Part shown: positions 20,085 through 30,800 of the stretch, piece after piece
How positions within the stretch are numbered: position 1 is the first letter of the stretch
Layout of the letters: each line of letters begins with the position of its first letter
Origin: an uncultured bacterium
GTDB lineage: Bacteria; CAYUVA01
Direction: 5' to 3'
Assembly: GCA_964448115.1 (NCBI GenBank)
Contig: CAYUVA010000005.1
Coordinates: forward strand, 62,001-116,464
Length of the DNA: 54,464 nt
The notes under the pieces: model-generated
The model's input: the letters and a program-made list of their open reading frames with translations, nothing else
What the model was told of the DNA's origin: nothing
The model's database searches: none
Program-made: the position numbers and the translations under genes

Positions 20085-20969
20085 TTACCTAAAAAAAATA
20101 ATGCTCGCTATTTTCGCAAGCAGTGGAAAGCTCAATCTAAGGTTATACTTGAAGATATTTAAACGATTGGAAGCCAGGAAAAACCTCTCACTGGTACAGA
20201 TGCAGTCCTTGCTTGTGCACAAGATAGGCTTTTTGGCAGGCTCGAAAACGCCCTCATATAGGTTGCCGAAAACTTGGTCGATTGTTGCACAGCGCATTAT
20301 TTCACCGTTGGAAGCGATCCTGAAGTAACGATTACCAGCGAGACATAACCTAGGTTGGAACTCCCTTGATTTCGTATCGCTTTTGTGGCTATTAGCCTTA
20401 TATACTTCCCTGAATTCTGACTTCATATAATTTTTTTTATCTGTTTTTCTAGGTGGTGTGGAGTATTCCAGCAGGGATAAAGGAATATTTTTTTCTCTAA
20501 GCATTACCTTTAACCTTTCATAAAGTGCATGATTTTGATCAATATCCACGATTGCTGCTGCCACCTGGAAGCCATTATGTTGAAGCTGTAACAGTTTGCC
20601 TGCAAAATCGCTCACCTCAGGGAATTGAGGGTGAAATGATGCGAAGATCCTTATATTACGGCGCTTTTTTATCCCTTCCATCATACCAGGGTCAAAAGAA
20701 AGGTTGGTGCAGATATTTACTACGCTGAAAGCACTTATCCCTTCCAGGATTTCAAAGAAGCCAGGGTATGTAGTCGGTTCGCCACCGGAGATATCGATGT
20801 AAGGAGTTCCATAGTTTTCGCTGATCCATTTCCAGGAATTGATGATGCTGCCATGATCCAGATAGATATTTCCATCAGCAAGGCTCTTCCACTCGCCTGC
20901 GTGGAAACAATACTCGCATCTGTAATTGCAGGCTAAGTGTATGTCCCAGGAAAACCAATACTTAATCAT
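20085..20969 (-). CDS. radical SAM protein
   Basis: CNYRCEYC, SGGEPT, C-terminal CLAG..MRC..CTSKDCIC. Confidence 0.88.
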   Translation of the reverse strand: MIKYWFSWDIHLACNYRCEYCFHAGEWKSLADGNIYLDHGSIINSWKWISENYGTPYIDISGGEPTTYPGFFEILEGISAFSVVNICTNLSFDPGMMEGIKKRRNIRIFASFHPQFPEVSDFAGKLLQLQHNGFQVAAAIVDIDQNHALYERLKVMLREKNIPLSLLEYSTPPRKTDKKNYMKSEFREVYKANSHKSDTKSREFQPRLCLAGNRYFRIASNGEIMRCATIDQVFGNLYEGVFEPAKKPILCTSKDCICTSERFFLASNRLNIFKYNLRLSFPLLAKIASIIFFR

Positions 20970-21035
20970 ACTCTCTTAACACTAGTGATAATAAAGATTG
21001 AACAAAAATGGAATAGCAAACATGGGCATAATGCG

Positions 21036-21064
21036 TTGACATTTTGACCCTGCTTAAGTATTTT
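21036..21064 (+). promoter_or_regulatory. possible sigma70 promoter for glnA
   Basis: TTGACA (21036-21041), 17-bp spacer, TATTTT. Confidence 0.4.
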
Positions 21065-21097
21065 TATCATGCTAAAATTTATAAGGAGACAGATACA

Positions 21098-22510
21098 ATG
21101 TTCAAGAACCTACAGGAAGCCAAGAGATTCATACAGGATAATGAGATCGAATTCATCAACCTGAAGATAATCGATCTGTCAGGCAGAATGAGACAGGTTA
21201 CGGTTCCATCAGGAAAGCTGGACAGTTATCTGATGAAGAATGGTGTCGGCTTCGATGGCTCTAACTATCACTACCTTGCCACCGAAGATAGTGATATGCT
21301 TTGTATTCCGCTGCTTCAAAGCGCATTTATCGATCCGGCTGATGAATATAGACCATCGCTTTCCTTCTTCACCGAGATCTACCTGGCAGGCAAGAAACGA
21401 ACTAGGTACAAGCACGATCCCCGGCATATCATGGCAAAAGCCTTCAATTATCTAACAGGAGTCGGTTTTGGCAACGAGTGCCTTTTGGGACCGGAGTTCG
21501 AGTTTTATATATTCGAGGGTGTTGAATACATAAACGATAAAAGAGGCGGGCGATACACGGTAATAGATGTGGGTAGTGATATCCATGGTGTCAACCAGTC
21601 CTCATCGCGACCAGGAAGGGATGGAGGGTATCATGTCTCCCCGCCGGGGGATCGCCTTTATGATATCAGAAACGAGATAGTCGAGTGCCTGATGATGGCT
21701 AATATCCCGGTCAAATACCATCACCACGAGGTTGGAAGCAGGGGGCAAGTAGAGATCGAGCCTGAATTCATACCTTTTACATCCGCTGGCGATGCCACCG
21801 TGCTTGCCAAGTATCTTATCAGGTTAATTTGTCATCGTAACGGATTCACTGCCTGCTTCTTGCCAAAGCCTCTATATGGCGAAGCGGGCAATGGAATGCA
21901 TATACACTTCCTGATGTATAAAGATAAGATGCCGGTTTTTTATGATCCCGATGGCTACTGCAAGATGAGCATGGAGGCTATGCACTTCATCGGCGGACTG
22001 CTTACACACGCCAAGAGCCTTTGTGCCTTTACCAATCCAACTACAAACTCCTATAAGCGTCTGGTTCCTGGACATGAGGCACCAACCGCTATCGTATTGG
22101 GCAAGGGGAATCGCAACGCCATGATCCGTATCCCCACCTATGTGATGGAGCCTAAGCAGGTGCGCTTCGAGTTCAGACCCTCTGATGCGACCTGCAATCC
22201 ATATTTTGCTTATGCAGCTCTTTTAATGGCTGGAATAGATGGGATGAAGAAACAGATCGATCCTAGAGATATGGGCAAGGGGTACTTCTATGATGCAGCC
22301 GGCGATGATAAAGCGCACTTCGAGTCTCTCCCTGATACGCTGGAGCATGCGCTCGATGCCTTGCGGCAGGATCACGACTATCTTCTTCAGGGCGGCGTTT
22401 TCAACGAGGAGCTTATCGAGTTCTGGATCCATAAAAAGAAGATATGCGAGCTGGAGCCGATAAGTAAAATGCCCTCTGCAATCGAGTATGAACTTTACTA
22501 TGACCTCTGA
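21098..22510 (+). CDS. glnA: type I glutamine synthetase
   Basis: GFDGS, GPEFEFY, HHHEVG, GNGMHIH, NSYKRLVPGHEAP, RFEFR, NPY. AAGGAG RBS before ATG 21098. Confidence 0.95.
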   Translation: MFKNLQEAKRFIQDNEIEFINLKIIDLSGRMRQVTVPSGKLDSYLMKNGVGFDGSNYHYLATEDSDMLCIPLLQSAFIDPADEYRPSLSFFTEIYLAGKKRTRYKHDPRHIMAKAFNYLTGVGFGNECLLGPEFEFYIFEGVEYINDKRGGRYTVIDVGSDIHGVNQSSSRPGRDGGYHVSPPGDRLYDIRNEIVECLMMANIPVKYHHHEVGSRGQVEIEPEFIPFTSAGDATVLAKYLIRLICHRNGFTACFLPKPLYGEAGNGMHIHFLMYKDKMPVFYDPDGYCKMSMEAMHFIGGLLTHAKSLCAFTNPTTNSYKRLVPGHEAPTAIVLGKGNRNAMIRIPTYVMEPKQVRFEFRPSDATCNPYFAYAALLMAGIDGMKKQIDPRDMGKGYFYDAAGDDKAHFESLPDTLEHALDALRQDHDYLLQGGVFNEELIEFWIHKKKICELEPISKMPSAIEYELYYDL

Positions 22511-22530
22511 TTGTTTTAGATTACCCACCC

Positions 22531-24513
22531 ATGAAATTAGCAACCGGTTTTATCAATTCATTTAAGGCGAAAAAGCCCACACCCCACCCGGAATACTATC
22601 GTTACAGCCTGGATGACCCATTTTTCTCGGATAGCTTGGGATTGAAGTGCGGCTTGGAGATCCATCACCAACTTGCCACCAGGGGGAAGCTGTTCTGTCG
22701 CTGCCCGGCTGGTTATGTGCACCGAGAGCCTGATGCCAAAGTAAGGAGACACATGCGACCGACCCTCTCTGAGCTGGGGGAGTATGATGGCACCGCCCTG
22801 ATGGAGTTCAAGACTAAAAAAGAGGTCTATTATCATTTATATAACGATCGGGTTTGTACTTACGAGATGGATGATACACCTCCGTTTCCGATCGACAAGG
22901 AGGCGGTGCGGTACGGCATCAAGATAGCCCTCATGCTTGGCTGCCACATCGTTGACGAGATGCACATCACCCGCAAGCAGTACCTGGACGGCAGCATCCC
23001 GACTGGCTTTCAGAGAACAGCGATAATCGGCTTGGATGGCTCCGTGCCGTATCGGGATCGAGCCATCCGCATCAGGCAGCTCAATGTAGAGGAGGATGCC
23101 TGTCGCGAGCTGTGGGATAAGGGACATCGCATAGGCTTCAGCACGGATCGGCTCGGTATCCCGCTGGTTGAGGTCATCACCGCGCCAGATATGCACACCC
23201 CTTTGGAGCCCGGTGAGGTCGCCACTCTTCTGGGGCGACTGTTAAGGGTATCGGGTGTAGTCCGCAGGGGCATCGGTGCCGTGCGCCAGGATGTCAATGT
23301 CAGCATCAAAGGCGGCACCAGGGTGGAGATAAAGGGAGTGCCGAAGATCGAGTATATACCACGATTGGTCTATACTGAAGCACTCCGGCAAAAGGCGCTG
23401 CTGGAGATAAAGGATGAGCTTCGGCAGAGGGCGGTCTATCCCAGGAATTACCGGGCAGAGAAGCAGGAGGTGAGCCACCTTTTTCAGAATACAAAGTGCG
23501 AGCTTCTGCGCCAGGCAATATTAAAGGGTCATTCCATCGGCGCGGTGGTTCTTTACGGGTTTGGGGGTCTGCTTAGTACCCCCACCCAGCCCGGCATCAC
23601 CTTTGCCCAGGAGTTCTCCGGCAGGGTCAGGGTCATCGCCTGCCTGGATCAAAAGCCTAATTTACTTCATTCTGATGATCCCGCAGCCTGGGGATGCCCA
23701 ATAGAAGAGATCAAGGGACTTATGAAGCACTTTGCTGCCAGGCACACCGATGCCGTACTGCTAACTTGGGGGGCTAAAGATGATGTGATTACCGCTATGG
23801 AAGAAATTCGTATCCGCGGGCTGGAGGCGGTTAAAATGGGCGTTCCTAACGAGACCCGCCAGGCATTCTCGGATGGAACCACCGACTTCGAGCGCATACT
23901 ACCCGGGCCAGATCGCATGTATCCGGACACCGATTCCCCGCCCACGGTAATCCGAAGGGAACTGGTCAACGAGATAGCAGAAAGCCTGCCTGAACCTCCC
24001 TGGAGTCGCGAACAACGATATATTGAACAACTCGCTATCTCACCCCAGATCGCATACGAGTTATCCTTCTCCGAGCGAGCCGAGCTATTCGACCGCATCG
24101 TGCAAAAAACTAGGGCTGATCCCAGGCTGGTGGCAGTAACCCTTACCCAGACATATAGATGGTTGAAAAGAGAAGGATACCATATCGAGCGGATTGATGA
24201 TGCGCAGTATCTTGAGCTGTTCAAGATGTATGAAAACGGCATCTTTGCCAAAGAAGCGATCCCCGATGTGCTGGCTAAAGTTGCCGGGGACATGAGCATC
24301 CAACAGGCGATCAGCTCCCTGCGGCTTGAACCACTGGATAGCACGGCTCTGGTAGTTCGCATAAAGGATATACTCAACGATAATCGTAAGTTATTATCTG
24401 CTATTGATGACAACGAAAAGAGATTTAACTTCGCCATGGGCTTGATAATGGAAGAGCTACGCGGACATGCTGATGGTGGGCAGATAGCAAAGATAGTACG
24501 GGATATACTTTAG
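22531..24513 (+). CDS. gatE: Glu-tRNA(Gln) amidotransferase subunit E (archaeal-type)
   Basis: GLKCGLEIHHQL..KLFCRC, RPTLSELGE, DGSIPTGFQRT, DRLGIPLVEV, RQDVNVSI, AspRS-like insertion (GFGGLL..QPG..LHSD), GVPNETR, PGPDRMYPDTD. These features match GatE rather than GatB. Confidence 0.92.
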   Translation: MKLATGFINSFKAKKPTPHPEYYRYSLDDPFFSDSLGLKCGLEIHHQLATRGKLFCRCPAGYVHREPDAKVRRHMRPTLSELGEYDGTALMEFKTKKEVYYHLYNDRVCTYEMDDTPPFPIDKEAVRYGIKIALMLGCHIVDEMHITRKQYLDGSIPTGFQRTAIIGLDGSVPYRDRAIRIRQLNVEEDACRELWDKGHRIGFSTDRLGIPLVEVITAPDMHTPLEPGEVATLLGRLLRVSGVVRRGIGAVRQDVNVSIKGGTRVEIKGVPKIEYIPRLVYTEALRQKALLEIKDELRQRAVYPRNYRAEKQEVSHLFQNTKCELLRQAILKGHSIGAVVLYGFGGLLSTPTQPGITFAQEFSGRVRVIACLDQKPNLLHSDDPAAWGCPIEEIKGLMKHFAARHTDAVLLTWGAKDDVITAMEEIRIRGLEAVKMGVPNETRQAFSDGTTDFERILPGPDRMYPDTDSPPTVIRRELVNEIAESLPEPPWSREQRYIEQLAISPQIAYELSFSERAELFDRIVQKTRADPRLVAVTLTQTYRWLKREGYHIERIDDAQYLELFKMYENGIFAKEAIPDVLAKVAGDMSIQQAISSLRLEPLDSTALVVRIKDILNDNRKLLSAIDDNEKRFNFAMGLIMEELRGHADGGQIAKIVRDIL

Positions 24514-24536
24514 ATAACCCAACAACAATCCATACT

Positions 24537-25691
24537 TTGGAGAAATTAAGCTACGAACTTGGTCCGATAAGGCCTCCTAGCGAGGCAGTAAGCCTTTTGA
24601 TTCGGCTCACTCGCAACTGTCCCTGGAACAAGTGTGCCTTTTGCCCGGTCTATAAGGGGCAAGATTTTTCGCTACGAACTGTCGATGAGATCAAAAGGGA
24701 TATCGATAACATAAAGAAGATAAGCGATCTGCTAAAGGAGTCCTCGTGGCAACTGGGCTATGGTGGTTTGGTTTCCACTGATCTTGCCTACGAAACGAGC
24801 TGCCTTTATCCGGATAAAGTGGATCTCAACTCAGCGGTTGCAGTTGCGCTCTGGATGGCTAACGGTCCTTGTGAAGTCTTTTTTCAGGATGCCAATAGCC
24901 TGGTGATGAAGACAGATGATCTCATCGAGGTACTGCGCTATCTCAAGACCGTTTTTCCTGAAGTCCTGCGCATAACTAGTTATGCAAGGGCACACACGGT
25001 CGCGCACAAGAGACTTGATGACTTGATTAGGCTAAAAGAGGCAGGTTTGAATAGAATCCATATAGGTTTGGAGAGCGGCAGCGACCAGGTGCTCTCCATG
25101 ATGTGCAAGGGTGCAACCGCTCAGCAGCAGGTAGAGGCGGGAATGAAGGTCAGAGTTGCCGGGATCGAGCTATCCGAATATATCATGCCCGGTTTGGGTG
25201 GAAAGCTGCTTAGCGATGAAAACGCCACCGAGACTGCCAGGGTGCTGAACAAGATAAATCCACATTTCATCAGGATTCGCTCCTTTGTGCCTTTACCTCA
25301 TACCCCGGTTCAGGAGCTGATCGAGAATAATCAGCTAATCTTGCTTGGCGAGGATGATGTCGTGCGCGAGATCCGCAGTATTATCGAACAGCTTGAGGAC
25401 ATAAACAGCTTTGTCTATAGCGACCATATTATGAATCTACTGGAGAGAGTGGAAGGAAAACTCCCTGGTGACAAGGAAAAGATGATATCTGTAATCGACG
25501 AATATCTATCATTGCCTGAGGATCAACGCCATCTGTTCAAGGTAGGAAGAAGACTGGGATACTACAGGGATATCAATGACAGGCGATATACCGGTTATCC
25601 TGTCAACATCCATAAGGTGTTAAAGATGATCAAGCAACAATACGGCGATATAGATACAGGCATTCGTGAGATACTGGCGCGATATATTTGA
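24537..25691 (+). CDS. radical SAM protein, function unknown
   Basis: GPIRPPSEA..RNCPWNKCAFC, GLESGS, PGLGG. Confidence 0.88.
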   Translation: MEKLSYELGPIRPPSEAVSLLIRLTRNCPWNKCAFCPVYKGQDFSLRTVDEIKRDIDNIKKISDLLKESSWQLGYGGLVSTDLAYETSCLYPDKVDLNSAVAVALWMANGPCEVFFQDANSLVMKTDDLIEVLRYLKTVFPEVLRITSYARAHTVAHKRLDDLIRLKEAGLNRIHIGLESGSDQVLSMMCKGATAQQQVEAGMKVRVAGIELSEYIMPGLGGKLLSDENATETARVLNKINPHFIRIRSFVPLPHTPVQELIENNQLILLGEDDVVREIRSIIEQLEDINSFVYSDHIMNLLERVEGKLPGDKEKMISVIDEYLSLPEDQRHLFKVGRRLGYYRDINDRRYTGYPVNIHKVLKMIKQQYGDIDTGIREILARYI

Positions 25692-26707
25692 GTGAAAAAA
25701 TGATGAATAGATCAACTATAAAACTTGCTTTATGCATTGGTGCTATATTGCTTTTTTCGCGGTATCTAAGCGCCATTGCTATCGAGATACCCGCATTTTC
25801 TGAGATGCACTACGACTTCAACGCCGTGGTCGCTGATAAAACACTGGTGCATGAGGGTATGTTCTATAGGTTCAAGGATGAAATACTGGTTCAAAAGACC
25901 CCGCTGCCCGATGTTAACGAGCTTATCAGCAGCCCTCACTTCCTTGCTCCCTACTACAAAGGCGAGGTTGAGCACTTGCTCGGAAAGGCGTCTTACACTT
26001 ATAAGATGGTGCTTGAAGGGGATGGCTTGACACACCATTTTGAGATCCTTTTTTATCCCCGGGTAGCTATCGCCTTCAAGGAAAATCTCCTGTTCTGCGT
26101 TCGTTCTGAGGGCGCTGCCCAGGTGATGCTCGAACACCCCCCATATCTGTACGAAGCCAACCTCGATGTTGCCATAAGGCTCTTCGGCTCATATTGTCCA
26201 CTTGATAAGCAAGAATTTGCACGCCTAAGCGGCGAGTTGGCTCCCGATGACCTGGATTCATTCTATCGCTTTGATAAGCTCCTGGCAGGCGCTAAAGGTG
26301 AAAAGATACTTCTTGCCCGATATAACATGGAGCCACTGATTGATGTCAAGCAGGCGGGCATGCTTGTAACCAATAGGTTGATCAGGGAGCATCTGGGCGA
26401 GCCTGGGTTAGAGCACAAATTAGGTAGTAAGCACAAGCAATTCATTCTTTGGCTTTATGGCACGGTGGGTATCCTGTTAGATGGCCATGGAATAGCGATA
26501 GCCATCGGCAACCTGGAGCTTAGGGAGCTTTTCAGGAATAAGCCAACCTTACTTATTGGCGCACCATACAACATAATGGAGCCGATATTAGGGGTTATTA
26601 AAGGCAGGGATGTAATGGAGGATATACAGCGCATCAATTTCGAGGGCTTGAGGGTGCTGGTCAGGGACAATACCATCATCGAGGCTGTCCTGGTGAAACC
26701 CCAATAA
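25688..26707 (+). CDS. hypothetical exported protein
   Basis: Long ORF overlapping the upstream stop, with a signal-peptide-like N-terminus; no family recognised. Confidence 0.65.
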   Translation: MSEKMMNRSTIKLALCIGAILLFSRYLSAIAIEIPAFSEMHYDFNAVVADKTLVHEGMFYRFKDEILVQKTPLPDVNELISSPHFLAPYYKGEVEHLLGKASYTYKMVLEGDGLTHHFEILFYPRVAIAFKENLLFCVRSEGAAQVMLEHPPYLYEANLDVAIRLFGSYCPLDKQEFARLSGELAPDDLDSFYRFDKLLAGAKGEKILLARYNMEPLIDVKQAGMLVTNRLIREHLGEPGLEHKLGSKHKQFILWLYGTVGILLDGHGIAIAIGNLELRELFRNKPTLLIGAPYNIMEPILGVIKGRDVMEDIQRINFEGLRVLVRDNTIIEAVLVKPQ

Positions 26708-26713
26708 TAGCCA

Positions 26714-27706
26714 TCAGGCGACATGGAATTCTACTACATCCCCATCTTGCAGAATGTAGTCCTTGTTGACTTTTTGCCCGTCGAATTTGGCTGAACCCCA
26801 TACCTTGGCGAACCTGAAGTTGGTAACGAAGTCGTTGTGTATCTCGCCGGCAAGGTCGAGTATGGTGCTCCCAGTTTTTAGCACAAACGGCTGCGACATA
26901 TCCGGCGGTTTTCCAGGTTGCTTGGCGTAAAGCCTTATAACACCGAGCATCTCGTACATCCTGGTTATTATCTCCTTGATATTGTGCGTCTTTATGGTCG
27001 AGGTGGTGAATATCTCGAAGCGGGGTCCGTAAAACTCTTTAAATATATCCAGGTGCTCGATTGCCTTGTCTGAGTCATACTTCATCCCGATAAGAAGACA
27101 CGGCTTGGCGCTCCAGCGCCGATCCTCAAGCTCAACCCTTTCACCAGGCTTATGTAGCTTGATGCGATGCTCCTCCATAAGATTCATGGACATGTCCACC
27201 TCATGGAGCAGATCATCGCTGCTCAGATCGATTACCAGCAGGCATCCATCAGAGATGCGTATTAGTCCATAGATCCAGTTTTCGCTGAATTCATCAGAGA
27301 CCGGGGGGAGATCGACTACCTGGATCTGTACATCCTCGTGCTGCGCCATGCCAGGCTGGGGCAGTTGAGTCGTATATGGATATTCTCCCACCTTTGCATC
27401 AGCGTTGGTTAGCAGCCTAAGCAGTGAGGATTTCCCCGAATTAGGCGGTCCGACCAGAGTAAACTGGCCAATGCCCTCCTTCTCCACCACATAAAGCTCA
27501 GCGCGCTTAGCACCGGATCTCTTAACCATCTCCTGCTTTAGCTTGGAGATGCGGCGCTTTATATCAGCCTGCATCTTCTCGGTGCCCTTGTGCTTTGGGA
27601 TGGTGGCGAGCATCTCCTGCAGGGCAACGAGCTGCTCCTGCGCAGTCTGAGCGTGGCGATACTTTTCCTCAGATTCCTTGTACTCTGGACTCAGATTCGC
27701 AGGCAT
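26714..27706 (-). CDS. OBG-superfamily DRG-like GTPase with C-terminal TGS domain
   Basis: MPANL..PKHKGTEK..IKRRISKLK N-terminus, GPPNSGKS, YPYTT, DLPP, and a TGS domain (AKVWGSAKFDGQKV..LQDGDVVE). Confidence 0.9.
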   Translation of the reverse strand: MPANLSPEYKESEEKYRHAQTAQEQLVALQEMLATIPKHKGTEKMQADIKRRISKLKQEMVKRSGAKRAELYVVEKEGIGQFTLVGPPNSGKSSLLRLLTNADAKVGEYPYTTQLPQPGMAQHEDVQIQVVDLPPVSDEFSENWIYGLIRISDGCLLVIDLSSDDLLHEVDMSMNLMEEHRIKLHKPGERVELEDRRWSAKPCLLIGMKYDSDKAIEHLDIFKEFYGPRFEIFTTSTIKTHNIKEIITRMYEMLGVIRLYAKQPGKPPDMSQPFVLKTGSTILDLAGEIHNDFVTNFRFAKVWGSAKFDGQKVNKDYILQDGDVVEFHVA

Positions 27707-27791
27707 TGCAAAGGATTAATAGGCTTTAGTCTTCAATCTTTAGTCTTTGCTAAAGAATGGAGATCACCTTTTTTTAATATTATACTACCAG

Positions 27792-27826
27792 AAAAGCAGG
27801 CTCACCTTGTTTGCGGGAGCCTGCTT
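27792..27826 (-). terminator. intrinsic terminator of the large secreted-protein gene
   Basis: AAGCAGGCTC (27794-27803) / GAGCCTGCTT (27817-27826) stem, ending in a short T run on the minus strand. Confidence 0.6.
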
Positions 27827-27852
27827 AATACTCGTTGTTTTATTCTTTCGAG

Positions 27853-30800
27853 CTACTCACCTACATTGAGGTAGGGGCACAACTCGCTACTCATATCACC
27901 CTTGAACGCCATGTATTCCACCAGGATTACAGCCGGATCCATGCCTGGTTCCATCGGTATCCCGAACATGCCAAAGCTGCCGAGTGCTGGATCTAGTACA
28001 GGAACATCGACCCCTGTTGGCATACCGCCCAGGTAGAACTCAACCCTTTCCGCAGGCGAGAAGTCGCTGGCGCCAGCATAGACGAACAGGTTGAAAATTC
28101 CGCCATCTGCCGATGTTATGTAGGTATCCCAGTACCCAGCGAGGAATACTAAGACCGGCAGCGGAGTCGGAGTGGCAGTCGGGGTATTGGTTGGCTCAAC
28201 AGTCGGGGTCGGCGTATCACTGGGTGGAGTTGGAGTGCTGGTCGGTGTCTCGGTGGGCGGTATCGGTGTTGAGGTCGGCGTATCTGTTGGCGGTACTGAC
28301 GTATTAGTCGGTGTCGGCGTATCAGTCGGGGGTAGTTGTGTGTTAGTCGGAGTGGCAGTCGGGGTATCCGGGCTTGGGGTCGGTGTCAAGGTCGGTGTAG
28401 GTGTATCGGTGGGAGGTATCGGAGTCGGTGTCTCGGTCGCAGTGGGAGTAGCCGTCGGTGTGATCGGCACATCGCACAGCAAGGTCAAGTTGTAATCTCC
28501 AGCGCTGAACGGATCGCTATCAACCACAAGATAATATGTTCCCGCAGCCAGATCAGGTATATCAAGAGTATCAGCGCCCGGCTCCGTGGCAGAGGTGAAG
28601 CAAGCCTGATAATCACATTCGTATAACATGAACAGGTCGAGGTCCGTAGCAGCATCCAGGATGGCGGTTATATGCCTCGGCTCAGCTATGGTGAAGCTGT
28701 ATAGTTGCTCCGGTCCAGCCACGAACTTCTCAGCGCACGGATAAAGCGATATATCGCTGACTCCATTATTGGTATTACCAGTTACTACCGTATCCCCGCA
28801 TCCAATTAGAGTAACGTTGCTGCAGTCGAGGTAGTAATGGTTCCAAGGCTCCTCAAACCAATTAAGGGTATTGTCAAGAACTGCGACGAACATATTCCAA
28901 TACAGGATATCCCCAAGCGGGAACGAAAGGTATGCCGAGGCGTACTGGTCATTCCAATAGGTGATTCCAGCACCACCTGAGCTGATCGCTCCTTTATCGG
29001 GACCCAACTCCCTATACTTAAAGGCATACTCGGCAGCGGGATCGTTGGTGTCAACCTCATCGGGGTAAGGAGAATCGATCTCGAAGTACAAGCTATTTCC
29101 CAAGCGATGATTATCCATGCCCTGTACGAAGTCCCAACCTATGTTATCCTGGACATACATAGCCTTGAGGTACTGTGAGTACAGTGGTGTGCCATCCTCG
29201 TAATATCCGATATCATCGCCGAAGATCATTAGCTTTCGCAGCCCACCATCCTTTGTCGGTGCGCTCAACCACTGAATCAGGGCATTGGATTGGTCATCGG
29301 ATATTAAGCCGCTCTCGCCCCAGATAATGGTGCTATAAGCGCCCATCCAGTTGAGGTTGAGATCGACCTCATCCTGATCGACAAGGTTGTAGGGAATACC
29401 TCCAAGCTCAGCCATCGCATCCATCAGATCAGCGGAATCAGTATCCCAATCATCGTTGACTATCAGGATATCGACCCCCTCTTGAGGGAGCACCCAGTAG
29501 CTAAACACCTCTGGTGGCGGAGCCTTGTCAGGTGCTGTACCGCCAACGGGCAGGGTTGCATAGTTATCATGGATATCCACGGCTGCGAAGTAGTATTCCA
29601 CAAGGGTGCCATGCGGCTGACCGGGGATATATCCCTCATATTGAGTTCCCATTGTCTTGACTGGCACCTCAGCAAGTGAAATAGGCATGTAAGCACCGCT
29701 TCCACCTGTCCGGTAGTAAACCATGGGATCTTCAGCCAGCCCTGAGTCATCGGTTACGGTTATCAAAACATATTGTTCAGTCGTCTCTGGTGTATCTGAG
29801 GGTAGCTCATCTGCGGTTATGATCGGTGGGAATATGTCATCCGAGAGCATCAAGTCATCAAGATACCAATAACCATAAGCATTTGGTGAGCTATCAACAT
29901 ACAATACCCACGCCAGCACGAACTCATCGATATTGGCGTAATGGCTTATATCCGCTTTATCTATCTGCCAATCGCCTGCCTCGTTCTCTCCGTGCCAGGT
30001 ATCGTCTGGGGACCACCAGACCTCCTCCCAATTGAGTCCCGCATCGCTCGATGCCCACAATCCATAGTACCCTGAGAACTCCAGCCTGCGGTTAGCCCAA
30101 CTGATTATCAGGTCGCCCTGCTTAGGAAGGTTCATCTCCTTGCCAATAAATGCAATCGTGGCAGCACTGTACAGGGTTCCATATCCGTGCTCCTCGGCGA
30201 CATAAGCGCCCTTGCCGGTTGCAGGCAAGCCCTCTCCATCATCATAGTCAGAAGCAGGATCGCCGCAGTAGTTGGCATGGGAGGGGCTGAGAACCGGATC
30301 CCAGTGATCATTGTTGGGGAAGCTGTCATCAATGTAACTCCAGAAGTGATCAGCATCGTGGCAATCAAATGTAAGGTCCAAGGTATCCTCGAAGTCCTCG
30401 AAATAGACATTCTCGATTACTCCACCAAAGGAGCCTACCCAGACATCATCCACCTGCCAATAATATTCATCAAAGGCGATGTAGTGGAAGCGGAACATCA
30501 CATCCGACTCATTATCGGCAAAAGCGGATACATCATAAGTCTTCACGCCTTCATCATCGGTATCGGTGAAGTGAGCGATCTCATCCCAAGTTCCGCCGCC
30601 ATCGGTACTGACTTCAACAATAGCATCGCCGGAAAAATAGGCATTATAATAATGCCAGAATTGTAGAGTTATATTGGTAACCCCTGTGCAATCGAGACTG
30701 GGAGTGATAAGCTCCTCGTCCTGGTTCTCTGTCGGAGAATAGTAAACCCTTGCCACATTGCCCTGAGCACCATAGGTATCGTATTTATGCCAGTCGTTAT

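Noticed and set aside
23667-24437. Long antisense ORF (256 aa) within gatE, and similar antisense ORFs elsewhere
   Set aside because: Fully overlapped by well-supported genes, Ser-rich and without recognisable motifs.
22531-24513. Annotation as ordinary gatB
   Set aside because: The length, the AspRS-like insertion and the RPTLSELGE/GFQRT motifs are GatE-type; no gatA or gatC is adjacent.
28172-28495. Val/Gly-repeat ORFs (also 15049-15462 and 45000-45227)
   Set aside because: Antisense translations of the Pro/Thr linkers.
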